DNA of 57,365 nt from Octopus bimaculoides. Its lineage: Eukaryota. Below are positions 11,995 to 24,183 of this stretch, one piece after another. Both the position numbers and the translations under genes were made by a program. The notes under the pieces were generated by a model, which saw only the letters and a program-made list of their open reading frames with translations, was not told the origin of the DNA and searched no databases. The DNA lies in assembly GCF_001194135.2 (NCBI RefSeq), contig NC_068984.1, positions 24,752,080-24,809,444 of the forward strand, read 5' to 3'. Position 1 is the first letter of the stretch. Each line of letters begins with the position of its first letter.

Positions 11995-12984
11995 TACAAT
12001 ACACCATCATACCAGCACACAACACACTTTCCAACTGTTTCATCTCTAACATCTCCAAGGAACATTTAACTTTATTAACAACCAACTCATTTCAGATATG
12101 TAGACACTGGGCTTTCCAAATCCCCCGTAGGGGTGCCGGTGTAGATATCTATTTCTTCCCATTCCTCTAAAACTTATTTTGTTTGATTGTTACTGTTGCT
12201 GTTGTCGTCTTCGCTACTTTTGGTACGGATGTTGTTATTTTCTGGTTTGCTTACAGTGTGTTTCCTTTTTATTATAGTTGTAGCAGAAAGCTTTCAAATG
12301 CCCTACAATTGTAGCATTTCAACTTTCAGACTCCAAAATATTCCCGCTTGTCTTTAATTTACTACCAGGAGAGATCAATACTGAGAGGAACAGAAAAAAA
12401 ATACTTTGCGTTACTTCAGGTTTCAGGTTTCAACTGTACTATTATCATCAACTGAATCCCTCGTAGTGCATTATGGATAGTGTTTTTCATTCTGTGACAA
12501 CTCGTGGAAGTACAAGTTAATGAAGTTCTTCTGAGACTCAAGGAACGATGAATTTTTGTTTTCTCTTTTCTTTTATAAAACAAATATTTCTGCCGACCAG
12601 TGGCTGCCTACCTACTATCAGAAATAAATTAATTCCCACAAATTTCTCAGAACTTTCCGACCATTTTTTATTTTTCTATTTAAACAACTGTAAATAGTCT
12701 TTCATAGAGACCAATTTATTTCGTTATTTCAAAACTCTGAACGTAAGACTCGGCAAATCTTTATTGTTGAACCTCGGATTAGTGCTGTATTCAACGGTTA
12801 GTGGATCTAGTAAAGGAAACAGTTCGATGAGTGTTAATTAATGTCGTTGTTGCTATTATCGTGGTTATTACTGTTGATTTCATTATTCTTATTCATTTTG
12901 TAGTTCTTGGTATTTCAAAGTAATTTGGCGTTGTCGATGCTATAATTACTGCTGTCCTCATCTTCACCACTGTTGCTTTTATTA

Positions 12985-13130
12985 TTGTTGAACCCCTAAT
13001 CATTCCTGATCGAGCAAACCTTATCGTCTGTTTTCAGGCAAATTGTATCTGACGTTACATTATCCAATGTGTATCTCCGTTTTTTTAGATGGTAGAGTGT
13101 GATTTCAAGGAGTTACGTCAGCTATCTCTT
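12985..13130 (-). mobile_element. Family D repeat
   Basis: CCTGATCGAGCAAACC...ACATTATCCAATGTGT...TAGATGGTAGAGTGTGATTTCAAGGAG. Confidence 0.55.
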
Positions 13131-13179
13131 GTAAATAAATAATTTAATATAAATTGAATAATCAATGAAAAAGAATTAA

Positions 13180-13373
13180 TCTTTCTAATTGTGGCACAAA
13201 GCCATCAGTTTTGATGGGAAGGGGCAAGTCGATTATCGCGACCCCAGTATTTGACTGGTACTTATTGATCCCGAAAGGATTAAAGACGAAGTCGACCTCA
13301 GAACGTAAAGAGCCGAAAGAAATGTCGCTAAGCATTTTGTCCGACACACCAACGCTTCTGCCAGCTCGCTGCT
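13180..13373 (-). mobile_element. SINE family A, copy 7 (internal deletion)
   Basis: Colinear; lacks the GGCGGAATTTGAACTC segment. Confidence 0.82.
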
Positions 13374-13884
13374 TTAATGAAATCGAACAATGAAAACTGA
13401 ATCGGATAATGAATAGTGAAGTTGCTTTAAACCATTGCATATAATGCATAAATTACATCAAAAGCTGACTGATGCTCTGCTATAGCATGATCGCTATCAG
13501 TTGCAGAAAGAACGTATTTCTATCAACTAACTGACCGGGTAATAAAACTGAAGTAAACATAACCAGAAGGGTAAGTGTGCTTTTATCCGCGGCATGAACC
13601 TCCCTAAATACAATAAATACTAGTGACGTATCAAGGCTGATATAGTCGACTATACTCTACTCCTCAAATGTGAAGCCTTGTGCGCCAATCTTAGGCATCT
13701 TTATGCTGCTTGTTGGTTTTATGTCACACTCTAGGAAAGTTAGTAACGAACGCACCCATAGGATCTAATATAGTTTGATGTAAATCATAAATCAACAGAA
13801 TTCTTTCAGTAGCTGAAGTTAGTGCAACTCCGGCGGCATGATACGAACCTATATCCATCTGTTCAACTATTTGTGACGTCTTTA

Positions 13885-14080
13885 TGTTGTTGCTGTTTAA
13901 CCCCAGGCCAGCACCGCTCATCTAACTCTACGATAAAAGACATACCGCTGATAAGTTTGCTGTCTCTTTGATAATCTAAGATTATATTGTTCAATATGTT
14001 CTTCTTTCTTATAAATTAGCTACGAGAAATTTGGGTAGATGTGACTGTTATTTCTAGCATGTTGCAGTCATATATATAGA
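13885..14080 (-). mobile_element. Family D repeat
   Basis: TTGTTGCTGTTTAACCCCAGGCCAGC...GTGACTGTTATTTCTAGCATG. Confidence 0.55.
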
Positions 14081-14754
14081 CTTTATCGTTGGTTCGCGTG
14101 ACTCTTTTATGGCGACGATGATTAATTAAAAGTGTCGGCGGAGGGGATAATATTTTATTCAAGTAATAATATTTTATACAACAATTGATATTTTATAAGC
14201 CAGATTTAATTTGCAAGAAACTATAATGGGAATTACAGGAAATAAAACTTGTTTGACGACATTGTTACAATGGAATATCATACTGTCTTTTGGTAACCAG
14301 AAACAATACAAAACATTTCTTTGTTAAACCGCAACGGACAATCCAATCAGGTGGACAACGTGTGGAGGCAGAAGCCAGATTTTTATGTATTGTTTAAATG
14401 AGAGGAAAGAAAAGCGATTAGGCCTGAAATGTGAAGATGCAAATGAGAAATAGAAAATACTCAGAAAAAGATTAGACAATTGTCTGTTCAAATTTGTAAA
14501 GGGAAGAGAAGACTTGTTAAAAAATAGCTCTTCAGTTAAGTGATCAATCAGATATAGATTTTTTTTTTTGTGTGTGTGTGCACGCTTTATTTTTCATATC
14601 TTTTTAAATGGGAGATTGAAAATTGTTTCTTTTGAATAGGTTTTGTAGATTTTAACTGCAACTATCACTTTGTTAATCCTGAATTGTATTCTGAAGATTT
14701 GTCAATAGCAGCAGCAAGAACACTGAAAATGTTTTGTACTATTTATCAAATAAT

Positions 14755-15292
14755 AATTCTTTCTAATTTCAGTACAAGGCCAGAAATTTTGAGGGGAGGA
14801 GGAAATCGATTAGATTGACGGCAGTGTTCAAATGGTACTTTTTTTTGCCAGCCCCAAAAGGGATAAAAGGCAAGGTCGACCTCGGAGGAATTTGAAATCA
14901 GAATGTAAAAATACCATCTCTGAAACCACGAACAAAATTACCCTATTGTACCAATTTGATATTCAGAGATCCTCACCTGTTCAACTGCTTACCCGAAGAA
15001 ATAAGAAGTATAAAGGGAAACTCTACTGAAACACTGGATAAATTCCTAACGATGATACTGGACCAGTCAAGCATTCAAGGATACACTCAAGGAAGATCAG
15101 CAGCTACAAACTCAATCATAGACTAACTTCCTGCCATAAAGTGACAATAATACCGATAGGAAATAAGTTAATGCGGTGCTCCAGCACGGTCGCAGTTCTA
15201 CGATTGAAACTATTAAAAGAATAGAAAAGAAGAACAAATCCTCCAAAGCATTTTTGCCCGACGTGCTAACGGTTCTGTCGGCTTACCGTCTT
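14755..15292 (-). mobile_element. SINE family A, copy 8, split by a LINE fragment (parts 14755-14910 and ~15229-15292)
   Basis: The left part ends ...GGAATTTGAAATCAGAATGTAAAA and the right part resumes ...AAGCATTTTTGCCCGACGTGCTAACGGTTCTG, colinear with intact copies. Confidence 0.78.
14911..15228 (+). mobile_element. 5'-truncated CR1-like LINE 3' end (ORF2 C-terminus plus 3' UTR)
   Basis: Open frame IPSLKPRTKLPYCTNLIFRDPHLFNCLPEEIRSIKGNSTETLDKFLTMILDQSSIQGYTQGRSAATNSIID* (stop 15124-15126), homologous to the C-terminus of the 53579-53995 ORF. Confidence 0.8.
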
Positions 15293-15543
15293 AATAGTAG
15301 TTCTGCAATTATCTCTGTTGGGAGGATAACTGAAAAAAAAAAATACCAAAGCCTATATGAGAAAGGCCTAATGCCTGATGAACCTAAAAGCAGTTGAAAA
15401 GTAAACAAAAAAAACAACAAAACAAAACAAAAACAGGAGAACGAAGGCCCAATTAATGATCAAGAAAGCGATTGACAAATTTATGCACCACGGGATCGAT
15501 TATAGAGAAGTGGACAATCTAGTCCCGCACTCAGAAAAGAGTA

Positions 15544-15968
15544 CCGTAAATCCTCGAGTATAGTCCGCCCTTGAGTATAATACGCAGGGAATTTTTAGGG
15601 GGCTGTACCTCTGAAAAACCTAAACCTTGTGTATAATACGCGCCCCTCCTCTAACTTGAGTCAAGGAGGTCTATATAACTTTCTTGGTTTATAAACGTAT
15701 ATACGGTAACGTCCTTTATTATCATTGTATATATAACATAAGGCAAACGTGTAGCGTTTTTGTGCACTTTGTTTGCAGAAAATAAAGAAATAACAGTAAT
15801 AAAGTCAGTGAAAAATAAATATTAAGTAAATTACCTTTACATATTTATCACTTAGAAAATTTTGCTTAGAAAATATTTTTCATTTTTAACCTCGTATATA
15901 GTACGCACTAAAAATTTTGACCTTTAAATTTTGGGAAAAAAGTGCGGATTATACTCAAGGATTTACGG
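15544..15968. mobile_element. Pogo/Tigger-like (Tc1/mariner superfamily) MITE
   Basis: TA|CCGTAAATCCTCGAGTATAGTCCGC ... GCGGATTATACTCAAGGATTTACGG|TA: 25-bp TIRs with 2 mismatches and a TA duplication; no ORF. Confidence 0.88.
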
Positions 15969-17285
15969 TATATACCAGGTAGGAAATGTGACGCATGATC
16001 GATTGTCTTGGAAAAACATTGTTATTTGTTTGCTCTCTATATTCTGAATAAGAAATACATAGTTCAACGACAGAACAGTGAAAAAATATTTTTATCATTT
16101 AGATACAGACATCTCCAGCTCGTTGGATTTCATGAGCGAACAAACAGCAAACAATTACAAGTTGTATTATAATCTTTCTGATCGTCCTGACATAATGTCG
16201 GAAAATATTTACAAGAGATCTCCGATCGCTGAAGCCACTTCATCAACTTCATCAATGATTTCCTCTCAATCATTTTCGATTACATACATTACTGTTGACG
16301 ATGTCAGTCTCCATTATTCTCTCTCCTTTCAGCTATACGCTTCAACGATTTTAAAATTCTGAAATAGTCAACTCAAATTCCATTTTCTATAACAACTACC
16401 TACACTGTATAAAACCTTCATGTACTCTGCCACGGAGTAATTACATTGTAAATCAAGGCTGAGGCGGGCAGCAGGAATAAGTGCCCTCGACTTCATACGT
16501 GTTCCCCAAAACCATTAAAACATAAAATGAAATATTAGATGGAATTAGATTAATCTCCATTTCTGCTACCCTAATTCGTTGAGGCATCTCAAAAACAGAA
16601 TTAGTTCCAAGATATTTGAAAATCTAACAAACATCACAGCAGAAAAAATCGTACCCCACCACATTAAGTCTGTATGTAAAATTGATATCTGTCAAGTGAA
16701 TGATATCGCTAGCTATACGAACTACACGAAACTGCTAGCTATACGAACCACACGAAACTGAATATTGAAACTTATGAAAAGGAACGGACGTCATCAACAC
16801 GCCAACTATGTGACCAACCAAAAGAAAAATATATAAAAAAAAAAGAAGTTACAAAAATCGCTGGTAAACACATGACCTACTCGTATCAGTCAATTTGAAC
16901 CGACGCCATCGACAACACAACCAACCACATAACCATTTACCACGACGCCAACAAATTTTAAAGACGAAAAGCAATAAACCCATTTCATTTTTTCATACAC
17001 TAAGAAGTATCCTTTCGATTAACATTAACCGCCGCATGCTTCCGTGGTAAATTTTCAATGCAAACAAATATGAACGTTTAGTCATCAATTTGTCCTAAAA
17101 TAACTATATATTCTATGGTAATGTGGCTTTCAATAATAAAAATCCCAAGTTTTAACTTTTCCGATTAGCCTAGTAGTTTTGCTTTAGCCTAGTATAATAC
17201 CTTGAATAAGCATCAAGGTCAAACTTCAAATGAGAGAGAATGATGTTTTTTTGTTCAATAATTATCGTGTTCTCAGTACTTACTA

Positions 17286-17644
17286 TGTTGGCTCTCCGTC
17301 GGTTACGACGACGAGGGTTCCAGTTGATCCGATCAACAGAACAGCCAGCTCGTGAAATTAACGTGCAAGTGGCTGAGCACTCCACAGACACGTAAACCCT
17401 TAACGTAGTTCTCGGGGGAGATTCAGCGTGACAAGGCTGGCCCTTTGAAATACAGGTACAACAGAAACAGGAAGAAAGAGTGAGAGAATGTTGTGGTGAA
17501 AGAATACAGCAGGGTTCGCCCCCCCCCCTGCCGGAGCCTCGTGGAGCATTAGGTGTTTTTGCTCAATAAACACTCACAACGCCCGGTCTGGGAATCGAAA
17601 CCGCGAGTCCGCTGTCCTAACCACCGGGCCATTGCGCCTCCACT
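17286..17644 (-). mobile_element. tRNA-derived SINE (family C) with an 11-bp target-site duplication
   Basis: Reverse-complement head GGCGCAATGGCCCGGTGGTTAGG...GGTTTCGATTCCC (A/B boxes); AGTACTTACTA at 17275-17285 and 17645-17655. Confidence 0.88.
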
Positions 17645-17699
17645 AGTACTTACTAACTGCATCAATATTAAATTGTTTCCAATTAACGTTTTAATTTAA

Positions 17700-18760
17700 A
17701 GTAAGTGTAAGTAAACAAAATTTGGTAAGTCATTTATTTGCCGCTCTTGCTGATTTGTATCTCATCCAAATCGTTATTACAGTTTTCCTCCTTGTTCGCA
17801 GCCTTGGCTTATTCTCAAAGAGCATGTTGGCGAATCCACACACTTTTTTCAGATTACAGTTGGTCAGATTAAGTGTGAGACCATCTGCTGAAATACGACT
17901 TGCACTAAATAAATTTCTGTCCATCAATCTTACGCAAAAAAAAAACGTTTATGAACTCTATGGCGTAATAGTATACGCTTCCTCCTTCATTTGCTCCAAA
18001 CAGGAGAAATTAGAACCCTAGCAACATATACTACAATGGATGCAGAAGTCTCGAGCCGAGAGTCGATCTTGAAGATTTATATAGAAAAATTATCCCAAAT
18101 TTTACTGAAAGAAAATTGACTGCTGACGAAATCAAAATTAAACCTTATCTCCGAACAAAAAGAAAAAAATCAACAGAAGAGTAAGACTAACTCTTATTGA
18201 AGACTATGATGAATCATTGGAGAACGCCCGAGATTATTTTCGTAATGACTCCGATGAACATGAATCTGAATTCAAACAATGTATTAGTTGTTCATTCGGT
18301 GATTGCTGAAGCATGAAAGCGGTTTGACACTAGCCACAATTCATGGATTAGTCTACACTCGGTGACAATATCAGAAGTATGACGGAAGTAGAGCTCAGCA
18401 GTTCCAAGAAAAGACAAAAACCTTCACTTAGAATTTATTCCTAGGTAAGGACTTTCTTTACTCTTTTTGTGTTTGTTATTCAAGTGTTTATACCATTTTT
18501 GCGGAGGTTTTGGCTGGTGAATAGGCACAGAAAAATGATAGAAATAAATTCCTGATCGTACTTGGAGACTGCAAGATTTTAGTCTCTTCCAAAGTACTCT
18601 TCCCGGATGTATAATCTTCCACGTGGCATCTTTTCTGGTAAGCTTCACGGTAAGTTGAGAACAATTCAAGCAACTGTTATGAGATCTCGGAACGAAGTTG
18701 GAAGATGTTTATGCAAGAGCTGTCTCAAACTAACACAAGCTATAAAAAGTTTTCTTGAAA
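17700..18760 (+). mobile_element. Possible highly degenerate hAT transposase remnant
   Basis: LFPDVYNL...KLRTIQATVMRS resembles the hAT C-terminal dimerisation domain (SKLKLIKTYLRS); the rest is frame-broken. Confidence 0.35.
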
Positions 18761-19490
18761 AAGATTATATCCTTAAACACAAAGTACGCAATTTCAAATA
18801 CCATAGAAGATAAAATATATAAATATATTTCATTGCTTTACTTTCACATTTATATCTATTGATACCAAATTATGCTTTCTTAAATTAGTCTACCTTTATC
18901 TGTAACAATACCGGGAGACATTTCTATTTCGCACAAAGCTATTGCTATTTAAAAAAAGAACATCTTCAAAAGGTTAGTACACTGTTTCAAATACTATCGA
19001 AGATGGAAAGCAATTTGTTTCACGTCTCAGTTCCTCATTTAAAAAAAAAATGATAATAAATGTGATACAATTATTGAAAATAATAATTTTCAATCTTGCA
19101 TTGATTTGAAACCGTATACAAATTTCTCGAAGATATGACAAAGTAGAATTTAAATAATGATAGCATTGCAAATATATTCAGATATATTCAAATATATTCA
19201 AATATATTCACTCTCTCTCTCTTCTGTATGAGTAGTGTGCGTATCATGAAAGGAGAAAGAGGTTATTGAAAGACCAGGGGAGAAAGAAAACTAGTTTGGT
19301 CTAGCAAAGTGACAACGTTTCTGTACCTCACACTAATACACCTATACTTCTACAAAGAGACCTCGGGCCCAGAGTTTTTTATGCTTGAAATTGGCTGTAT
19401 TTGGATCTCTTCGGGAAATTTGCAAAGGAGTTCTTAAAGAACTGGTCACATTGTTTCAAGACAAACACTGACGCTTATATATATATATAT

Positions 19491-20211
19491 NNNNNNNNNN
19501 NNNNNNNNNNNNNNNNNNNNNNNNNNNNNNNNNNNNNNNNNNNNNNNNNNNNNNNNNNNNNNNNNNNNNNNNNNNNNNNNNNNNNNNNNNNNNNNNNNNN
19601 NNNNNNNNNNNNNNNNNNNNNNNNNNNNNNNNNNNNNNNNNNNNNNNNNNNNNNNNNNNNNNNNNNNNNNNNNNNNNNNNNNNNNNNNNNNNNNNNNNNN
19701 NNNNNNNNNNNNNNNNNNNNNNNNNNNNNNNNNNNNNNNNNNNNNNNNNNNNNNNNNNNNNNNNNNNNNNNNNNNNNNNNNNNNNNNNNNNNNNNNNNNN
19801 NNNNNNNNNNNNNNNNNNNNNNNNNNNNNNNNNNNNNNNNNNNNNNNNNNNNNNNNNNNNNNNNNNNNNNNNNNNNNNNNNNNNNNNNNNNNNNNNNNNN
19901 NNNNNNNNNNNNNNNNNNNNNNNNNNNNNNNNNNNNNNNNNNNNNNNNNNNNNNNNNNNNNNNNNNNNNNNNNNNNNNNNNNNNNNNNNNNNNNNNNNNN
20001 NNNNNNNNNNNNNNNNNNNNNNNNNNNNNNNNNNNNNNNNNNNNNNNNNNNNNNNNNNNNNNNNNNNNNNNNNNNNNNNNNNNNNNNNNNNNNNNNNNNN
20101 NNNNNNNNNNNNNNNNNNNNNNNNNNNNNNNNNNNNNNNNNNNNNNNNNNNNNNNNNNNNNNNNNNNNNNNNNNNNNNNNNNNNNNNNNNNNNNNNNNNN
20201 NNNNNNNNNNN
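19491..20211. other. Assembly gap inside a (TA)n tract (other gaps: 22414-23221, 27254-27367, 33953-34074, 35331-35340, 46407-46710)
   Basis: Runs of N. Confidence 0.99.
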
Positions 20212-22095
20212 TATATATATATTGGTTCTTCACCCAATGTATTCGTTAATTACACCGCTTATATTATCTATCACAAAATATTGCTGAAATCTTACAATAC
20301 AATTTTGCTAACCGAAAGAACAACAATAATATCGATCATACTGTCTGTTATAGTTTGCAATTGCTAAGTATTTCTTCAACATGTATATCCCCTGAAAAAT
20401 TCTTAACTTTTTCTTCAAGGATGGAAACGTGTTTCAGGCCTTGATTCAAAAAGGCATAACAAAAATGCAAAGGGTGAATAATGATATAAAAGCAGGAAAT
20501 ATTATCATATTTATGGCTACTATAACCACTGTTGACAACCTCGTCAGAAAGTCTACTTCACCTCCGAGTCTACGTCGCTTTTGTGAATACGAACAGTAAA
20601 ATTATAAAGGGTAAGTCATTATTATATTCATTACATAACTGAGAAGTTTAGTAATATACTAAAGGCAAATTGTGATTATTTATAATATACACAATCGTAG
20701 TCAATTGATTATTGTTGGAACCTCCAAAACGCTGTTGAAAGAAAATGCTGCTTGGCTTCTATACACTTAAAAATCCATATATACCAAACTTATTACTCTA
20801 CTCACATAGTATTGATGCAACTTAAGATACACAGTTTCCAAACTGTCTGACAGAATGTAAGAAAAATTATAAATAAAACCAAATACCCGAAATATATGGC
20901 TCATTCAGTTATACTTAAAGGAAAACGAATTATTGATTTTACTTCATTGTTGATGTATTTTGTTTCAAAATGTCACTCGTTTGGCAGACTGGTTATTTTT
21001 TAAACATAAATTTGATTATTGCAATCTAATCCTCATATGAAATTTTGAGAAGAGCAGGAAATAGCTTATAAACCACTTTATAGAATAATGTTATATATTG
21101 TCATATTAAAGCGTTAATATGTTTTGTGTCGCAAATATTAAAAATGCTAAATTGAAAAGTTAGCAACTTCGATTCTCTATGATGTTTGTGCAATTTGAAA
21201 TTAGTTGGGCTCTTTTGAAGTTCATAGCATTTCTGCTATGAATGTGACTGTAAACGAAAATCATCTTAGCACTTAGTGTTCAAAACTTAATAGAATGACT
21301 ATAATTTTGTTACTCTGTCACAACTCCTACAGTTCGTAAGGAATAAAAAATAAAACATAATCGAGATAATCACCCTCATCCCCCAGTTCTCATTTTATTG
21401 ACTTCTTGTTTGGTAAAGACCAGTGTTAGCCAATGTGAGATGTGTATTTGTAATGTGGGGGGAACGATAGTAAATATTGTTCGACATTTCGTCCAGCATC
21501 CTAAGGCTTAAACACATAATGGTACTGAATAAATTTTACTATATCATATAGACGACAATAACTAAATACACAACCTTTCAGGTCATATATATATATTTAT
21601 CGTTCAACCTAACTGATAATTTGTTAGCTAATCTAATAGATTATCTCCTAATACAAAGTTTGAATGTAACAAATCAATTCGGCTATTAAAAATGACACAC
21701 ATAGCAATAATATATTTCAAGTATACATAAATTATCTAATCCAAACCAGGGTCTTGATTTTCCTGCAAATGCGACCACTGAATTATAATACCGATGCTAA
21801 GGCAATACTTGAAGATAATTCCAATGATTATCTTTTCTAATAATTCCTCATGATAATTCCAATGATTATCTTTTTTTTTTTAATAAATAATTTAAAATAA
21901 AACAAGAGTATCTACAACATGTGAGTTTACAGATTAAATTTTCCAAAACTATATCCATAGGTTGGAATGGCTTAAAAAGCAGATGAATGAAAAATTAAAA
22001 TAGCAATCTACTGGCATATACTTATTGATTAACTGTTATATATTGCACATATTGGTTTCTTTTGACTAAACATAGGTCAGTTGTTATTCATGAAA

Positions 22096-23567
22096 TCTAT
22101 ATATATAAAAATGAGAATGTGTGTGTGTGTGTCTGTCTGTCTGTCTGTCTGTGTGAATCCCTAAAACTCGAGAACTACGCAACCACTTTCATTCAAATTT
22201 TACACATGCCTTACTTAGGGTTCCAGTTGTGTTTTAGTAAAAAAAAATTATTAACTTCTTGCAGAGTTCGAGCACACGGCAACATAATATCTCCTCCACT
22301 ATTTAAGTATTACGTGTCAAAAGTGAAACAAAAACACTCATGTCAAATACTTTCACTTTAAAAATGAAACTATTCCACTAACTGAAACAATCACATTTCG
22401 ATACTGTAGTGACNNNNNNNNNNNNNNNNNNNNNNNNNNNNNNNNNNNNNNNNNNNNNNNNNNNNNNNNNNNNNNNNNNNNNNNNNNNNNNNNNNNNNNN
22501 NNNNNNNNNNNNNNNNNNNNNNNNNNNNNNNNNNNNNNNNNNNNNNNNNNNNNNNNNNNNNNNNNNNNNNNNNNNNNNNNNNNNNNNNNNNNNNNNNNNN
22601 NNNNNNNNNNNNNNNNNNNNNNNNNNNNNNNNNNNNNNNNNNNNNNNNNNNNNNNNNNNNNNNNNNNNNNNNNNNNNNNNNNNNNNNNNNNNNNNNNNNN
22701 NNNNNNNNNNNNNNNNNNNNNNNNNNNNNNNNNNNNNNNNNNNNNNNNNNNNNNNNNNNNNNNNNNNNNNNNNNNNNNNNNNNNNNNNNNNNNNNNNNNN
22801 NNNNNNNNNNNNNNNNNNNNNNNNNNNNNNNNNNNNNNNNNNNNNNNNNNNNNNNNNNNNNNNNNNNNNNNNNNNNNNNNNNNNNNNNNNNNNNNNNNNN
22901 NNNNNNNNNNNNNNNNNNNNNNNNNNNNNNNNNNNNNNNNNNNNNNNNNNNNNNNNNNNNNNNNNNNNNNNNNNNNNNNNNNNNNNNNNNNNNNNNNNNN
23001 NNNNNNNNNNNNNNNNNNNNNNNNNNNNNNNNNNNNNNNNNNNNNNNNNNNNNNNNNNNNNNNNNNNNNNNNNNNNNNNNNNNNNNNNNNNNNNNNNNNN
23101 NNNNNNNNNNNNNNNNNNNNNNNNNNNNNNNNNNNNNNNNNNNNNNNNNNNNNNNNNNNNNNNNNNNNNNNNNNNNNNNNNNNNNNNNNNNNNNNNNNNN
23201 NNNNNNNNNNNNNNNNNNNNNAAACACTGTCTGTAGCTGGTCTTCTCTTGGAAGAGCCCTGCTTCTCACATGGACAACTGTATGTTGGCTGCTCAAGAGT
23301 GGGCAGCAACAAAAAACCTATTTGTATATGCTCCACAAGGGAAAACAAGGAACATAGTTTACAATGAGGTGTTATAATCACAACAGCAAGAAAGTATGTA
23401 CATGATCACCTTCTTTTACGAAACTTCATTGACTTTCATATATATACGTGTGTTTGGGTGCGTGTGTGTATATACATCTCTATATATAAAGATGATGCGT
23501 AGTCTAGACGGCGTTTTTAGATTTCATTACTCTCTTTAACCCGGGCAACGCCGGGTATTTCTGCTAG
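22096..23567 (+). mobile_element. Helitron (rolling-circle transposon), probably non-autonomous, with a helicase C-terminal remnant
   Basis: A|TCTATATATATAAAA 5' end; after the gap TLSVAGLLLEEPCFSHGQLYVGCSRVGS then (+1 shift) NLFVYAPQGKTRNIVYNEVL* (Pif1-like helicase motif); hairpin ACCCGG-GCAACG-CCGGGT at 23539-23556; CTAG|T 3' end. Confidence 0.93.
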
Positions 23568-24150
23568 TATATAATAAATGGAACGGACTCTAGTAATATT
23601 TATATTTTCCGCGGTTGGATTACGAAATTTGCTGTTCCAATTCATATTTGATAACTGGATTTAGAATATGATTAGAATAGTATTTGGAATAGGAAAGGTC
23701 CACACGCATGCAAATTCCCTTAATTTTCTTTAAATCGGGTTTGCTCATTCAATTTTCCTTTCTTATTACATTGGTTTTATTTAGAAGAGGGTTATGGGCC
23801 CAGAATTGAAAGTCAACGAAACAGCTGACTTATATACTTGTTGCTACCTACAGTAATAAACTTACCATCTCTTTTACTTGGGAGGAATGAAAAACAGCTA
23901 ACGTAAAAATGTGGTTCATATTGGATTATTACTGGTAAATGCAATCACGTGATATTGTATCAGCAACAGTCTTACTCAAAAGGACAAATAAACTCAAAAT
24001 AGAATGATAGAAACATATTTACCTACGTATATGTTTATGATGAGATGTGCAATAATGTCTCAAGAAACAAATACATCCATAACAACAATGTAATAATAGC
24101 CCACCAGTAAAATGATATGGCTAAAATGAATTGTCCACTATAATTTTGTA

Positions 24151-24183
<33 letters not shown>

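Noticed and set aside
16050-16700. FKYLG RT-like motif on minus
   Set aside because: No other RT motifs could be placed; too degenerate to call
17560-17644. tRNA-like sequence (also 39223-39300, 4800-4868)
   Set aside because: These are SINE heads: no complete cloverleaf, and they continue into repeat bodies with TSDs or tails
20420-20610. Strong acceptor/donor pair on + (similarly 44213-44340 on -, and the donor at 13571)
   Set aside because: All three frames contain stops; at most non-coding exons, unsupported without RNA data
19401-23381. Long ORFs of 250-340 aa (also 27112-27464, 33845-34147, 46227-46829)
   Set aside because: They consist of X residues spanning N gaps
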